NCBI GenBank assembly: GCA_907165135.1
Contig: OU015568.1
Span: forward strand, 9,424,001 to 9,488,000
Direction of reading: 5' to 3'
DNA from: Oikopleura dioica
Lineage: Eukaryota; Animalia; Chordata
Length of the DNA: 64,000 bases
The translations under genes were made by a program, and so were the position numbers. Shown piece after piece: positions 13,684 through 26,286 of the stretch. How positions within the stretch are numbered: the stretch's first letter is position 1; each line of letters begins with the position of its first letter. A model generated the notes under the pieces. That model saw nothing but the letters and a program-made list of their open reading frames with translations. It searched no databases and had not been told where the DNA came from.

Positions 13684-14998
13684 GTAGCTCGAAGAGCTCT
13701 ATTCTTGATCATTTGTCATGAGCACGTGGTGATGTTAATTTTAACTCCTGTTTATATTAACCATTTCCAAAGCGTATTAGTACTTGTCGACTCTCTATTT
13801 GTAGTTATAGATAATTATAGCCCCTCGGTATAAAAATATTGAGCCAACGTGTTAAATAAATTAAAAAAAACTGGCGAAATCAGCGGATAATTGACGGGCA
13901 CAATATTTAAAAGAAACTGCGCGTCTTGAAATTGGTAAGAGTTTTGTTGAATTTGCATAAATTGGAAAAAACGTCGCTGAAGGAAATTTGGAAATTTGTT
14001 CGTTTGAATTCGGGAGGGTCCGATAACCGACGCACGTGACGGCTGATGTTCTAAATGTCAACTGCCTACAAAAATAACGCCTTATCTCTAACAGCCAAAA
14101 GTGAGTCAAGCCTTTTTCAGGCATTTTTTTATTTCTTTCCTGAATTGAAATTTCAAAAAATTGAACATCAAACTTGATAAATTCTTGAAAAAATCGATGA
14201 TTTTTCAATCCAAAATCAACATTTTTAGATTAAATTTCACGTTAAAAAACGCAGCTAACGTGCCAAAGTTTCAAGCCACAACAGCCGTTTGCCCTTTTGT
14301 GGCTTTTTTTGTCGAGTTTGGTCAGCAGCAGCGAGGGAGAAGGATTTCTTATCGCTAGGTGCTTAGAAACCATTGAGAAGCTGGCTCATCGGTTGACGTG
14401 AGCTGCAATCTGCAACGAAAGAGAAGTGCCCCGGAAGACTTTGATAAAGCTTAGTCTTTTAGTTTTTGTGCTTCTCAGGGGATAATCCGGCGGAGAGCAG
14501 ATGCGACGGGCAGATTTTGGAGCCTCCCACGCCAATTTCGAAAAATTTCTTTTGTTCTTTCGTTTTTACCCTTCAGAAATTTTCGACATTGATTGTCAAA
14601 TAATTTCAGCTAACCCAAGGCTAACAATAATTATAATAGGAGAGAACTCATTCTTCCAATAAATTAATTAGTTTTCAGTCAACTTGGCCACTTGATAAAA
14701 ATAATTGGTTGACAACTCTAAGTTACTGGATTTGGACTACCACGTCAACCGTTGAAGTCGGAGCAAAGTGCCAGCACTCGAGTGTTTTCTCAGTTTAGAA
14801 TTTGATTTGCTCAAGATTTTCCTTAGAAAAAGAAACGGCCTTTTTCCTATAGCAACCTTCCAATGCAACGGAGGTCCATCAAAGTGCCATTTCACTCTCA
14901 GAATTTTTTTAAACATAAACAAAAAGAGAGCCGAAAAATGGCAGTCAAGGGGCTTCCTAAAATTATAAAATTTCTAGTATTAAAAATCAAAATATTGG

Positions 14999-15016
14999 TT
15001 AGGGTTAGGGTTAGGG
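14999..15016 (+). repeat. Interstitial (TTAGGG)3
   Basis: ttagggttagggttaggg followed by tag. A similar (TTAGGG)2-TAGG lies at 26148-26163. Confidence 0.8.
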
Positions 15017-17877
15017 TAGATTTCAAGCCTCTAAAAAGCCGCACTTCAACAACTCACAAATCTACTGAATCAAATTCAGCCGGCTACGAATAGGGATACT
15101 CAATTTCACTGCTGTATTTTTCCATGTAAAGAAGGATGATTTATGATTGAATATCCCTTGTTTTGACCACGTTGTCGCCTTTCCCGTCAGAGACTGATCA
15201 ATGTCAAACTCTCATCGCTGCCGTCTCCCAGGCCAGGTCAGTTGAAAAAACGAAAAAAGGAAGTGGGCTATTTACGAAAGTGGCACTCTAACTCTGGGCT
15301 CAGGAATCTGGCAATTGGCACGATCGCTGGTTCCGATCACCGGCATCAGATAATCATAAATAATAGAGATAAATTTTAGACCAGCGAGTGAGCACTGAGT
15401 CAGAATCAAGTCCATGCTGAGTACACTAGAGTACACGAGATAGCAAAAAAACCTGCCGAGAATTTTTTTAAGTGCCCGTTGCCACTAAAAGACAAGCTAT
15501 CTTGTCAAAACGCTCTTCTTTTTTTGAGAAAGTGGATCATCCTCAATTCAACATTGGATTTTAGAGAGCTCGTTTATGATGGTGCAAATGGTGCTGCTGA
15601 TGCTCTTGTTCAAGGAAAAGTTCTACAGTAGATTTTTGAAACTAGAAAGAACCAATTTTTTGCGTTTTTCAACTCGGAAAATAAATGGGCTAAGCATATT
15701 TTAGAACTTATTTTTGAGGAAAACGTTTGCCAGCTTCCAGCTTCAAAAACCTCCTTGAAAAAATCTCGGTCTTTGTATAATCTCGGAGAAATAATTCATT
15801 TTTTTTTTCATATGTGTTCCGTAGAATCAAAATTAAATCGAGTTTGTATAAATCGAGAAGGAGTTGCAGGTGATGGAAAGCTGGAGCAAACCGAGAATAG
15901 CGCTCGGCCTCTGTCGCCAGTTTGACTGTCACGGGCTGTCCAGATAGATTGCGCTTTTCGTAACAAAGGGTTAATAATGAAAAGAGGGGTTGGGCGAGAT
16001 TGATAGCGCCCGGGCTCGAAGTTTCGATGAAGAAACTAAGAAGCAATATTGAATATTCAGTTTTGGGCGCACCCCAAAATCGGACAATATTCTTGAGCTA
16101 ACATTAACGGAAGAATGTTGAAGAGAGTCTTCAATATTTCTTTGGACTTGAAAAATCATTAGCAATAACAAAGAAAATCCTCAAAAAACCAAGTTCGCCA
16201 GGAGGACAGAAATCTATCCGCCCGCAAAATCCCCCAATGGAAATCCTCCAGTAAGTTATCATAGCCACTGTAAATACACCAAACTGGTTTCGCCTTTCAC
16301 AAGCAATAAGAGTTCAACCCTTTACACATTTTTTTTTTGCTTTCTAAAGTGTTCATAAAATGCGAAATTCGTAAAAAATCTGGCGAGTCTGAATTTTTCC
16401 GCTTCGCTAGGTAAATTTGAAGACGTCAAAAAATGCACTAGCGTTTGACAGGGGCCGATGTTTCTTTTTATTCTCAATCAATGGACAGCCTTAGAATCAG
16501 CGAATGTAGCTCCGGCGAACGAATGGTCCTTGCCTGGACAATCCTACTCATTTGCCTCTTGAATACAGATTTAAAATTCCAAAGACGCACTACTAAGTAT
16601 AAGTAACAAGCTCTTGGGCCAGCGCTCGAAACAAAATAAAAACGCGTCACGAGTTTTGGAATCAAATACTTTCAAGAGAGCAAATTAAGGCGCTTATCGG
16701 AAATATTTATTAAACGAAAAACGTTTTAAATCTGTTCATTAGTTCCAGCAAGTATTTTAGAAAGAAGAAAAAGAAGGGATATTAAGGACGCGACTCACTT
16801 TAAAAGACTTCCTGTCACCAATAAATTTTTTACTTAGGATAATATTCTAACGAGTAAATTTGCATGAGAAAGTTTATCGCATGCATGTCAGATGTGCTAA
16901 GGGCATTCCGGGCGAGTTGATGTAATTACGCAATTTTACCATTAATGACCACTTTAGCCGGCCGATTTATTCCGTTACATAGAAGATTTGATTTAGAAAG
17001 AGGCAGAAAAATATTGAAATCATTTGATTTTTTCAAGTTTATTGAAGTGAAACAGGACTGGCGCCAGAATTTGAATTGATCAGCGTGGAGTTTTCTCCAA
17101 CACGCTCGCGGCGAAGAGTCGAACCCTTTTTGAAGGATTAAGGAACTGACGCCCTTAATTTAAAATCCTCATAATGGGCGATTTTAAGGAAGGACCCTCC
17201 CTAGAAGTTTTCTATTTTTAATTTTTAATCCTTTCCTGAAACCATGAAAACCTTCTATTCCTTGAATCTCGATTGAACACTCCAAAACCCAACTATTCTA
17301 CCTCCGAAAATGTTCGACATTCAACAATCTAGCTTACATCTATTGCGAAAAAGAATGAAATACACGAAAAGACGCAAACCCAAACGAGCGCCAGCCAAAA
17401 AAGTGGCTTGTTTCAGGCATCAATAAACTCGCTTTTCGGGGAAGACGGAGAGTTTTTTGTCCAAACACTTTTTCGCAAGAAGACTCTTTAAAAAATCGTA
17501 TTGAGAGTAACAACACGATGATAAGCTCGTCAAGTTGCTTGGCAAAATAAGCAGTTCATGAATCCGTCTCACGTGATTGCAAAGCATATTTTTAGTGGCA
17601 AGGATCATTAAAGCAGTACTGCATAATCGAAGCGAAAGCTGTTTTGTAAATCTCATAGATTATGAAAGTAATGAAGGGATCGAAAAGATACAGATATCAG
17701 ATTTAATTTTTACTTTGAATAATATTATTTTCCCTAAAAGATGTCCAAAAGCGCTTTTCCTGGCTCATTCGATCAACAAGGCAATAAAATTTGAACTTTA
17801 CTAAATGTGTCTAAATGATAAAAAGTTTTGAGATGATTATTTTTACCACTTGTACTACCTGCGAAAGTAAGTGCCAG

Positions 17878-19064
17878 ATTTGTTGTGAGGAAAAATGTCT
17901 GAGAACTACAAAATAATTGATCTTTGCTACAAGTTTTGAGCAATTAAAATAAGGGTATCAATAGGGAAATCACTAATAATTGAGCTTTCTTTCTAGCTAA
18001 GAACGGTGGGCGTATAATACATTTTTAGAATCCCCAGAAGCTGGGGATCATTTTGACTATTGATAGTTGGGGGTCATCTCTTACCCTGGGGGCATTTAGG
18101 CACCTCCAAAGTCCCAAAATCTGGCCACTTTCGGAAATTTGAATTTTTGAACGCCTGGACTGGCCTTTCAGGGCCAGCGACTATGCTAGAATTGTAGCCC
18201 AGGCTCTGACGGTTATTTTGAGTACCTCAAAAGTACTGATTACCCCCCATTCCTGGGGCGCTAGAGACCTCCGAAGTTGGGGAAGTCAACCGAAAATAGG
18301 TACTTTTCATGAAAAAGTACACTTTTTCCTTCACTTATGCTTCGAAACGCTTGTAGTAGGTCGTTCTTTACATTTTTAACATAAAGACATAGTTTGGGGT
18401 CATCTGAGGTCACTTGAGGTCATAAATGGAATTTTCAAGTATTTTTGTAATTTTCGCCTCAGGTGACCTCAGATGACCCCAAACTATGTCATTATGTTAA
18501 AAATGTAAATAACGACCTACTACAAGCGTTTCGAAGCATGAGTGAAGGAAAAGTGTACTTTTTCATGAAAAGTACCTATTTTCGGTTGACTTCCCAACTT
18601 CGGAGGTCTCTAGCGCCCAGGAATGGGGGTAATCAGTACTTTGAGGTACTCAAAATAACCGTCAGAGCCTGGGCTACAATTTAGCATAGTCGCTGGCCCT
18701 GAAAGGCCAGTCCAGGCGTTCAAAATTCAAATTTCTGAAAGTGGCCAGATTTTGGGACTTTGAGGTGCCTAAATGCCCCCAGGGCAAGAGATGACCCCAA
18801 CTATCAATAGTCAAAATGATCCCCAGCTTCTGGGGAGTCTAAAAATGTATTATATGACCCCTACTAAGCAAAAAAGTCGATTTATTAGTGATTTACCCTA
18901 GGTATCAACAAAAGTTTTCAAGAAAATTATCCGAAGAAAAGTAGAAGCTCATGTTACGATTTCTTCAAAATTGATTGATGTTGATACCCTTATTTTAATT
19001 GCTCAAAACTTGTAGCAAGTATCAATTATTTTGCAACTCGTAGACATTCTCCCTCGCAACAAAT
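17878..19064. mobile_element. Older palindromic MITE-like element (~84-bp arms) interrupted by the foldback hAT element
   Basis: 17878-17961 is the reverse complement of ~18981-19064 (atttgttg..ag...tgctacaagttttgagcaattaaaataagggtatcaa). Removing 17962-18908 leaves a ~240-bp imperfect palindrome. Confidence 0.75.
17962..18900. mobile_element. 939-bp non-autonomous foldback element, hAT-type (8-bp TSD GGTATCAA)
   Basis: Termini TAGGGAAATCAC...GTGATTTACCCTA. GGTATCAA lies directly before (17954-17961) and after (18901-18908). Arms of ~450 bp, near-identical over their inner ~410 bp, surround a 37-bp spacer (18420-18456). Confidence 0.92.
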
Positions 19065-20129
19065 TTCGAGTTCAGTATTTTGTTGTAACGAAAACAGTAC
19101 TTGAGTAATTCTAGCGCTTACTTCAAACTCTGGCAGTACGTGGGTTTGAAAATTCGCACTCTAGTTTCGAGTAGTTCCGCTATAAGTACACTGTTTTGCT
19201 GGGTTTGTATGTTCAAGCGAAGTCCTTTGTCTGTGGTTTGTATCAAGCGCAAGTGTTTGTTTGATCATGTGAGTCCTTTCTGGATTATCCTCACTCTCGC
19301 CAGCAGTCGGAGCGCGGCTTCGCTCTAACATTGAGCTGCTCAAGGAGTGTTGCCTTTTCGAGAGTTTCTCCACTTTGTACACCAAGTACTGGCCCATTTT
19401 CAGCGCGATTAGCAGTGCTCTGTTTGCTCGTTACCGAATTGTCCTGTAAGATACAGTATCTATTCGGGGGTTCAGCTTATTACTCGAAATTTGCTGGAGC
19501 TAGAATTTGTGAACGAGTGTCCAAAAGAGCTCAGAAACATGACGGACCAGTTGATGCGTTTATTCGGATCGACGCATACGCAGTTGACATAACAACCCGT
19601 CTGCGGATTCTGAAGAATACAAGTTAGTTTTCGATGTTGTTTTGGGCTTTTGAAGAGTTCCACGGTATGAGTAAGCACAAAAAGGTGGGCTAAAGAGAAC
19701 TTTCACTTTGTTCCTCCTCGAACTTACATCAGAAACTTGAAAATAGAGCGTTCTCGAGTAAAGTACTTGATAGCGTAAGTTTTCATCTCTTTGATCGATT
19801 CAAAAATATACTTGAAATTCTTATTGAGGATTCCTCGAGCTTCAAGTTCGACTGTCTAAAACAGGTTAACGCTGCCTTATCCTAAATATTCCTCAGAAAA
19901 GAAAAAGCTAAAAATCTGTGCCTCCGAAATCTGATTTCTTGTGGTCTCCCTTGGGACGCGATTAAAGCTACTCAGTCGGTGTAGTTTTTCCGAGCGTCAT
20001 GATTTGAAAATCATCAAATCAGCGGAAAAGCTGATGACACGTTCTACAACCAAAAACAAGCCTCACTATTAATTTCATATTTGGTAAAATCATGTTCTCT
20101 TGCGTTCCCAATACCAATAATTTGCTGCA

Positions 20130-20380
20130 TTTAGAACTGACCTTATAAATAAAGTAGGGTGAGACTTCCGCTGGGCAGTCTGCTAAAGCCGGATCTTCCT
20201 CGCCACAAGCGGAACATCCCTTTTCCGAACATAATTTGCAGCAGAAATCTATCAGTTCCAAAGGCTGCCTAAAACCCCAATTTCAACGAAAAGAAGGAGC
20301 GTTCAAAAGGTACCTAGTTCGATTCTTTCGGCGGATGAGGATGGGATTCTCAAAGCAGGAACCTGAAACAAAAATATTTG
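20130..20380 (-). CDS. Exon pair of an unknown Cys-rich protein (partial)
   Basis: GT-AG join gives GSCFENPILIRRKNRTRQPLELIDFCCKLCSEKGCSACGEEDPALADCPAEVSPYFIYK. Neither end is resolved. Confidence 0.35.
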
Positions 20381-21280
20381 AAGTTGGTCGCGCTCAAACT
20401 TGGAAACACGTCAGATGTCACTGCACGCCACTGAACTTTTAAAAATAGAAAAAAAGGAGAAACACACGTTTATACCTGAAAAACGCCTATCGATCCCTAA
20501 AATAAAGTCTAAGAAAAGGATTTAAAAATATCAAAAAAAACTCATGAAAAAAAAGATGTAGTGCGGCACTAGGTGCCTTATTAATTCAAGGGCATCACAA
20601 TTATAAAGCCCAATTTAAACAGCCCATTTTACCGTGTTGACATCCTTAGTTCTTTGCTAGACTGCGGTTTCACTTTTTATCGGTTAAAATAAGGGCGTCA
20701 CCATGCAAATTATCGCCGAAAATGCGTTTTTAAACTGGTGTTTTTCACCTCCATAATTCATACCCTCTCCAATGCGCTCTCTATTTTCTTCTCTTATCTC
20801 TTCATTCTGCGCTAGAATAATCCCGATCCCGGTCCACATCCAGATCTCGATTTTCATCCCCTCCACGCTATTCCCTTATCTTCGCTAATTCTCTCTCCAC
20901 AACTAATCTTACATGTCCAATTTCTCGATAGACTCGTTTAATTTTTGATAATTTAGAACTGTAGCCAAACTGGCGCGAAATTAAAAATATATTTATTCAG
21001 CGAAAAAGACTGAACGCGAGGGAAAAAAAACAACTCGCAGGACGGGGAAAAAGCGAGATTAAAAAACTTTTTCTTCGCCGGGACGTAGAACCGATTAAGC
21101 CGCACAATGACAGACACAAATCACACTGGGCCAAGAACAGGCAAAAATCTGCTTCCAAATTCAAACCCGACAGATCCGATTTACCGAAATCCCTTTCATC
21201 AAAAGATGAATACCTGCAGCGCAGAATGGAATAGAATTTTCTTCTCGCTATTTTTATTCAGTTCATTTTCGTTGTAAATT

Positions 21281-22027
21281 TTACAGCAAAATAATATTGA
21301 ATCTTATGAAACCATCATCCTTCATCGAAAGTTTCACAACATGTCGCCCATCGTCATCGACCCTGCTGATGAGGTCGTGTCGAATGCCCTTGTTCCGCCG
21401 AAGAGTTTCATCGAAGACAGCCATTACTTTTCCGTTCATTTCACGTATTGGCTGCGCGATGGCTTTGAAGGGAATTTCTCGATCTGAAATTCAATTAATC
21501 AATTTTTAATTTTTAATCTAAAAACCTTCGTGAGACAGCCAAAGTGAGATAGACCAGGTACCACTCTTGAAGATGGGAATCGTCTCAAGCACACTCCTGA
21601 ACTCGAGTCTCCATCCAGACTCGGTGACATCCAAATTGTTGGGATATGAATCGAATGGGTATGCAAAGTCTAGTAAGTTGAGTTTGTCTGGTTCTGGAAG
21701 AGCGCGTCGGGCACATCTATAAAACTTTTTGGGTTTTATTTCTTAGAAAAGTCTGTATTTTTTGAAATAAATAAACGCCAGTCCCTTTAAATTGATTCGA
21801 CGTTCGCCCAACGACAGCAGCTTCAGAACATTGCGGATTTCTTCATCTTTCATAGCATCTCTTATTCGCGGAGCAAGACAAGCGCGAGGTGAAAAAAGAG
21901 GTGAAGAAAGAGGACTATCGGTTTTGGAAGTGTCGATATCAAAATAATGCCCTGCTCCTCCAAGTGGTCCGAGATCATTCCTCATCTTCTCCAGTTCCTG
22001 TTTTCTTGAATCAGAGAACTGACTCAT
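21281..22027 (-). CDS. Uncharacterised protein (3 exons)
   Basis: ATG at 22027. Exons join in frame through CARRALPEPDKLNLLDFAYPF...GWRLEFRSV...WSISLWLSHEDREIPF...IRFNIILL*. No family recognised. Confidence 0.7.
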
Positions 22028-22040
22028 TTTTCAAAAAAAA

Positions 22041-22810
22041 TAGAGGGTACATTCTTTTAGACCGAATGCATAAGGAGTTCACGATTATTTTTTTTCTAAA
22101 GATGAATTTCCATAAGAATTTTTCGGGCAAAAAAATATTTTGTGAGTTATCACCATAGTCTGAAAGCCCATATCGAAATTAGTAGATTGCCGAAATTCTA
22201 GCACTGGATGACGTCACGATGACGTCATCAGTGTCGATTGAAGGTCCCGAACCCTGAAACTTTAGGTACGCTTTTTGAGGCTGGTTTCGCCGGAAAATGA
22301 TTTTTTTCTTTGCAGGAGGTTGTTCAGCATCGAAAACTACGCGGGAATCCTGAAGAATTCTTTCGTACCAACCGGTTACAAATCGAACCGCCAAAATAAC
22401 CGGTTGGTTATGGCCGGTTAGAGGCCGGATTCCCGCGTAGTTTTCGATGCTGAACAACCTCCTGCAAAGAAAAAAATCATTTTCCGGCGAAACCAGCCTC
22501 AAAAAGCGTACCTAAAGTTTCAGGGTTCGGGACCTTCAATCGACACTGATGACGTCATCGTGACGTCATCCAGTGCTAGAATTTTGGCAATCTACTAATT
22601 TTGATATGAGGTTTCAGACTATGGTGATAACTCACAAAAAATTTTTTTGCCCGAAAAATTCTTATGGAAATTCATCTAAAGCTCATATTTATTATAATAG
22701 TAATAATAATTCAAATAAATATAACGACACTCTTAAAAAATTTTATTACCACATTGCATGTACCTTCATGAATTGAAAATGCAGCATTTTGCTTAGAAAT
22801 GTACCCTCTA
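22041..22810. mobile_element. 770-bp foldback/MITE-like element with ~250-bp inner inverted arms
   Basis: Termini TAGAGGGTACATT...AATGTACCCTCTA. Arms 22101-22350 and 22428-22677 are near-perfect reverse complements. No direct TSD: the flanks are A8 (left) and T8 (right). Confidence 0.85.
22209..22568. promoter_or_regulatory. Four perfect CRE-like palindromes (TGACGTCA) inside the foldback arms
   Basis: TGACGTCA at 22209, 22220, 22550 and 22561. Function untested. Confidence 0.35.
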
Positions 22811-23297
22811 TTTTTTTTCTCTTGAGCGGCAGACTTATTAAAAACAAAATGAGTGAAAGGATGAACAAAGGATGAACCTACACCGCTCGGGAGCCGCGTT
22901 TTCCCTTTTTTTATTGAAAAATGCTAACGGTAGCAAATATAATTGGAACTTCAAACCTTGGATATATTGGAGGGTTTGGAAACTTTAAAAAGATCTATTG
23001 TTAATGGCTTTTGGTATTTCTCCAGGACATATTCTTCAAAACCCACCTTCATCTTCCTAAAATCCCGCTGAACATATTTTTGATCGAAGAACCGAATTAG
23101 ATGTAATTCATCGATAATCCGACGAGTTCAACAGCTCAAGATCTTGTCATCCGCTTATGCTTGTCTTGCTAGCCGCAAACTCGAAATTAAGAAACCTTAT
23201 TTGTCCGGGACAAAGTGATCAACTCAGCACTTTTTCTTCTGTTAGAGATTAAATAAGTTTATTAAAAAATATTAAAAGAATATGTACATTTTGGGAA

Positions 23298-24436
23298 CTA
23301 AAGAGAATCAGGGGTAACGTCGCGGTTATCGCGGAACCAGGCATGTTTCGAAAAGTCGGCTAAGGGCAGTCGCTCGGCGGGCGGGAAACGCATGATTTTC
23401 ATTAAAAGATCTTTTAGACAGTCGCTGATTTCGCAATTTGGAGGGTACCGAATCTTCACGCGCTTGTACTTGTTCATAATTTTGTATTCTCTGAACAAAA
23501 GGATTAGATTTACGTGAAATCAAGGAAGAAAGCGTTAAATTTAAGCTTTCTGGGGATACCCTTAAGAAAACAAGCGAAAACACCGAATAAGTGAGCTTGA
23601 AATTTAAGTGAGCCCCCGAGATAAGCCTTAGAACATTGATGGAATACCTTTTATCAAATGGCAAACTTTTAGTAACAACACTGAATAAGATAACCCCGAC
23701 GCTCCAAATGTCGCCCAGCTTGGCATCAATCTGTCTGGTGCTAGCCGCCACTTCTGGCGCTATATAACCATCGGAGCCGCAACGCGTCGCAGACAACTCG
23801 CCTCCCACTTTTCGTGCGAAGCCAAAGTCGCCCAGGATCAGCCGCCCGTGGTAACTGAGGAAGAGGTTTTCTGTCTTCAAATCGCGATGTGCTACGTCCA
23901 ACGAATCGTGCAGATACATAACAGCTTGGCTCAGTTCTCGTATTACGCGTCGAGCAACGGATTCTGTTAACGCTCCTCTGAAAGAAAAATGGTTAACCTA
24001 TCGCCGCATGTAGTGCCATTTTTGGTCAAATTAAGTCACTTTCTGTTGATTTACCTTTGTTGAATGTACTGAAGTAAATCGCATGCATATAAATCGGTTA
24101 TTACATATACAAATCTGCCGCTTTCTATCACGTCGTGCACTTTGACAATATGTTTATGATTGACGAGTCTGAGGATCTCCAATTCACGCGCCAGGAAAGT
24201 AGACTCAAATCGCGGATCGTTGATTTTATCCAAATTCATTACTTAAATCGTTTTACTACTGTATGTATTGCTAATGAAGACTTACTTTTGACTGCTCGTT
24301 TGTGCTCCTGTCCATTGATAACTTGCTTTGCCGCGCTGACTTTTGCGAAACTGCCACCCCCGATCACCTTGCCCAAAGTGATTCCGACATTGGTCAGCTC
24401 GTTGTTGGCATCTTCACTCGGCCTCCTACTGGCCAT
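23298..24436 (-). CDS. TSSK: Testis-specific Ser/Thr kinase-like (CAMK group)
   Basis: GKVIGGGSFAKV, RAVK, FLARELEIL, HRDLKTEN, DFGFAR, TRCGSDGYIAPE and DIWSVGVILF, in a kinase-only protein. The last intron (23626-23491) is GC-AG. Confidence 0.85.
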
Positions 24437-24489
24437 AAGTTCTGTTCCTTACTGAACTGCCATCAATAAAGCCTTCAAATAAATTTTCA

Positions 24490-25483
24490 CTTACCTTAGG
24501 AAGATGACCGACGCGCCGGAGGGCGAAACTGACTGAAATCTGGCCAAAAGCGTGAAAAGAAAAAACATGTTCTAGAGATGCATTTATTTTCAAAAGGAAA
24601 AAATTATACAATTTTTGAAATACGAGATTTTCGAGTTTTTGGCGTTTGAGGGGCCTTTGTTCGTAACGATGGACTAGCTTTATCAAGGTCCATTTTTTCT
24701 GAGAATGCTTTCGTTATCAAAGAGAGACCCTTATCAATTTTATTTCCAGCAGCGCAAACTGAATTGCTTACGAAATCGTTCAACTCCGTTTCCATCCTAC
24801 TCTCCCTTTTCTGCAGCGTTTTCCTTTCCCGCTCATCTGAAAACAACCGTTTTTTCGTCAACCCATTTTATCATACTGAAATCGAGAATGTAGTACACCA
24901 AGCCGACCCAATCGTAAAATAGCCAAAGAATCGTGACAAACAAAATTGCGGCCGGAAGCGCGAGAAAAAGCGCTAAGCGGATGTTCTGCTCTTTTTCCGT
25001 TCTAAATAGGCTCAATTCTAAATTCTAGGGCATCGAGACCTGATGAGAAGATCTGAGGCGTCGTCTTTGTTGATTTTTATTTTGCCCCCGAGATCGTGCT
25101 CCGTCATCATTTGATAAATCTAGTACTGGTTTGAAAAGTCGAAAATCTTGGAAAGTTTGTCGCCAAGAAAATGGCTCCCTTTGCAGCAAGGGGTTAAAAA
25201 ATTATGATCGTTTTTGAACCATTTATCATTTCTTTAATCATCTCATTCCGTAGTTGCTTTTCAAAGTCGCTAAGTTCTCTGTCCCCCGACATGGCGTGTG
25301 ATTATGGTTTTGGAAATCCCAGCCTGTGGCCAGCTTAGTCCTTTCTCCGCCGTTCACCAATTCCATCACACTTTGCACTTTCACGCGCTTTACATTCACT
25401 TGCTTTTCTATAAGCTGATAATAAATTCGGGGCATCGGGATTTGTGTCAATCTTTGCGCAAGTACACATGTTGGATTTGACAT
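24490..25483 (-). CDS. Putative membrane protein; exon structure uncertain
   Basis: MMTEHDLGAKIKINKDDASDLLIR splices in frame to TEKEQNIRLALFLALPAAILFVTILWLFYDW (hydrophobic helix) and then a charged segment. The upstream exon 25238-25483 may belong to this gene or to a separate one. Confidence 0.45.
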
Positions 25484-26286
25484 GACGCAGGCCGAGATTT
25501 AGCTATTGAAACGTGGTTTGGAGGTTTTATCAGTAAATATTTCTTGATATCAGTCTCATGATCTATTATTTTTATCACTACTGTACTTTTCTATTTTATA
25601 AATTTTTATTTTTGAAATTTCAAACGATGCGAATTTCTTCTTTAATCGTTTTTGGCAAAGAATTCCTCTCGCTCTTCCTCGTCGGAACAATTATGGGTTG
25701 AAATTTAAGTTTGGCGCAGCACACAACTGGCCAAAATTAAGTCTAATGAGGAATAATAACCTGATCCCTTCTTATTTTTTCTCAGCGCGGCGTTACAACT
25801 TGTTTTTTCCTCAAATACTTTTACCCGTTTTTAAATTTACTTAACTTTAAAGTTACAAACTGTTTTCGCAGCGGGGGAAAGTCGCCAGCTGTTTCGGGAT
25901 TGTCGAGCTTTTGCTTCTTTTTGAAGTCAAACAGGGAAGAAAACTGGAGAGAACAGCTGTCGTAAAGAGCGCTAGAGCTCGGCAGCTCTCCCACGTAGTA
26001 GCTTGAGTAGTAGTTCCTCAAGAGAGAAAAGAAGGAGGGCTTAGCTGCCCTTTGGAAAGACACAAAGAATCATAAACAGCAAGAGTCAAATCATTACTTT
26101 GGAAGAAACAAGAAAAACGAAAAAAGAGACAGACAGTGAGATGTAAGTTAGGGTTAGGGTAGGTAGAAACATATTTTGATTTTTAGACAACATTGGAACT
26201 TCGATACATTTCAAACAATCAACCAACAGTTGAACACTCACGAATCTGACTTTCATTTGTGGAAGAAAGTCACTATCTGACAAGAA

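Noticed and set aside
13509-13712. ORF with IILYY repeats
   Set aside because: Translation of the TATAA microsatellite.
14340-16620. Exon-like fragments (ETDQCQTLIAAVSQAR; KWIILNSTLDFRELVYDG; GERMVLAWTILLICLL)
   Set aside because: Could not be joined into a consistent frame. A spliced gene may exist, but I cannot support a model.
18463-18684. 73-aa ORF
   Set aside because: Lies in a foldback arm; no transposase motifs.
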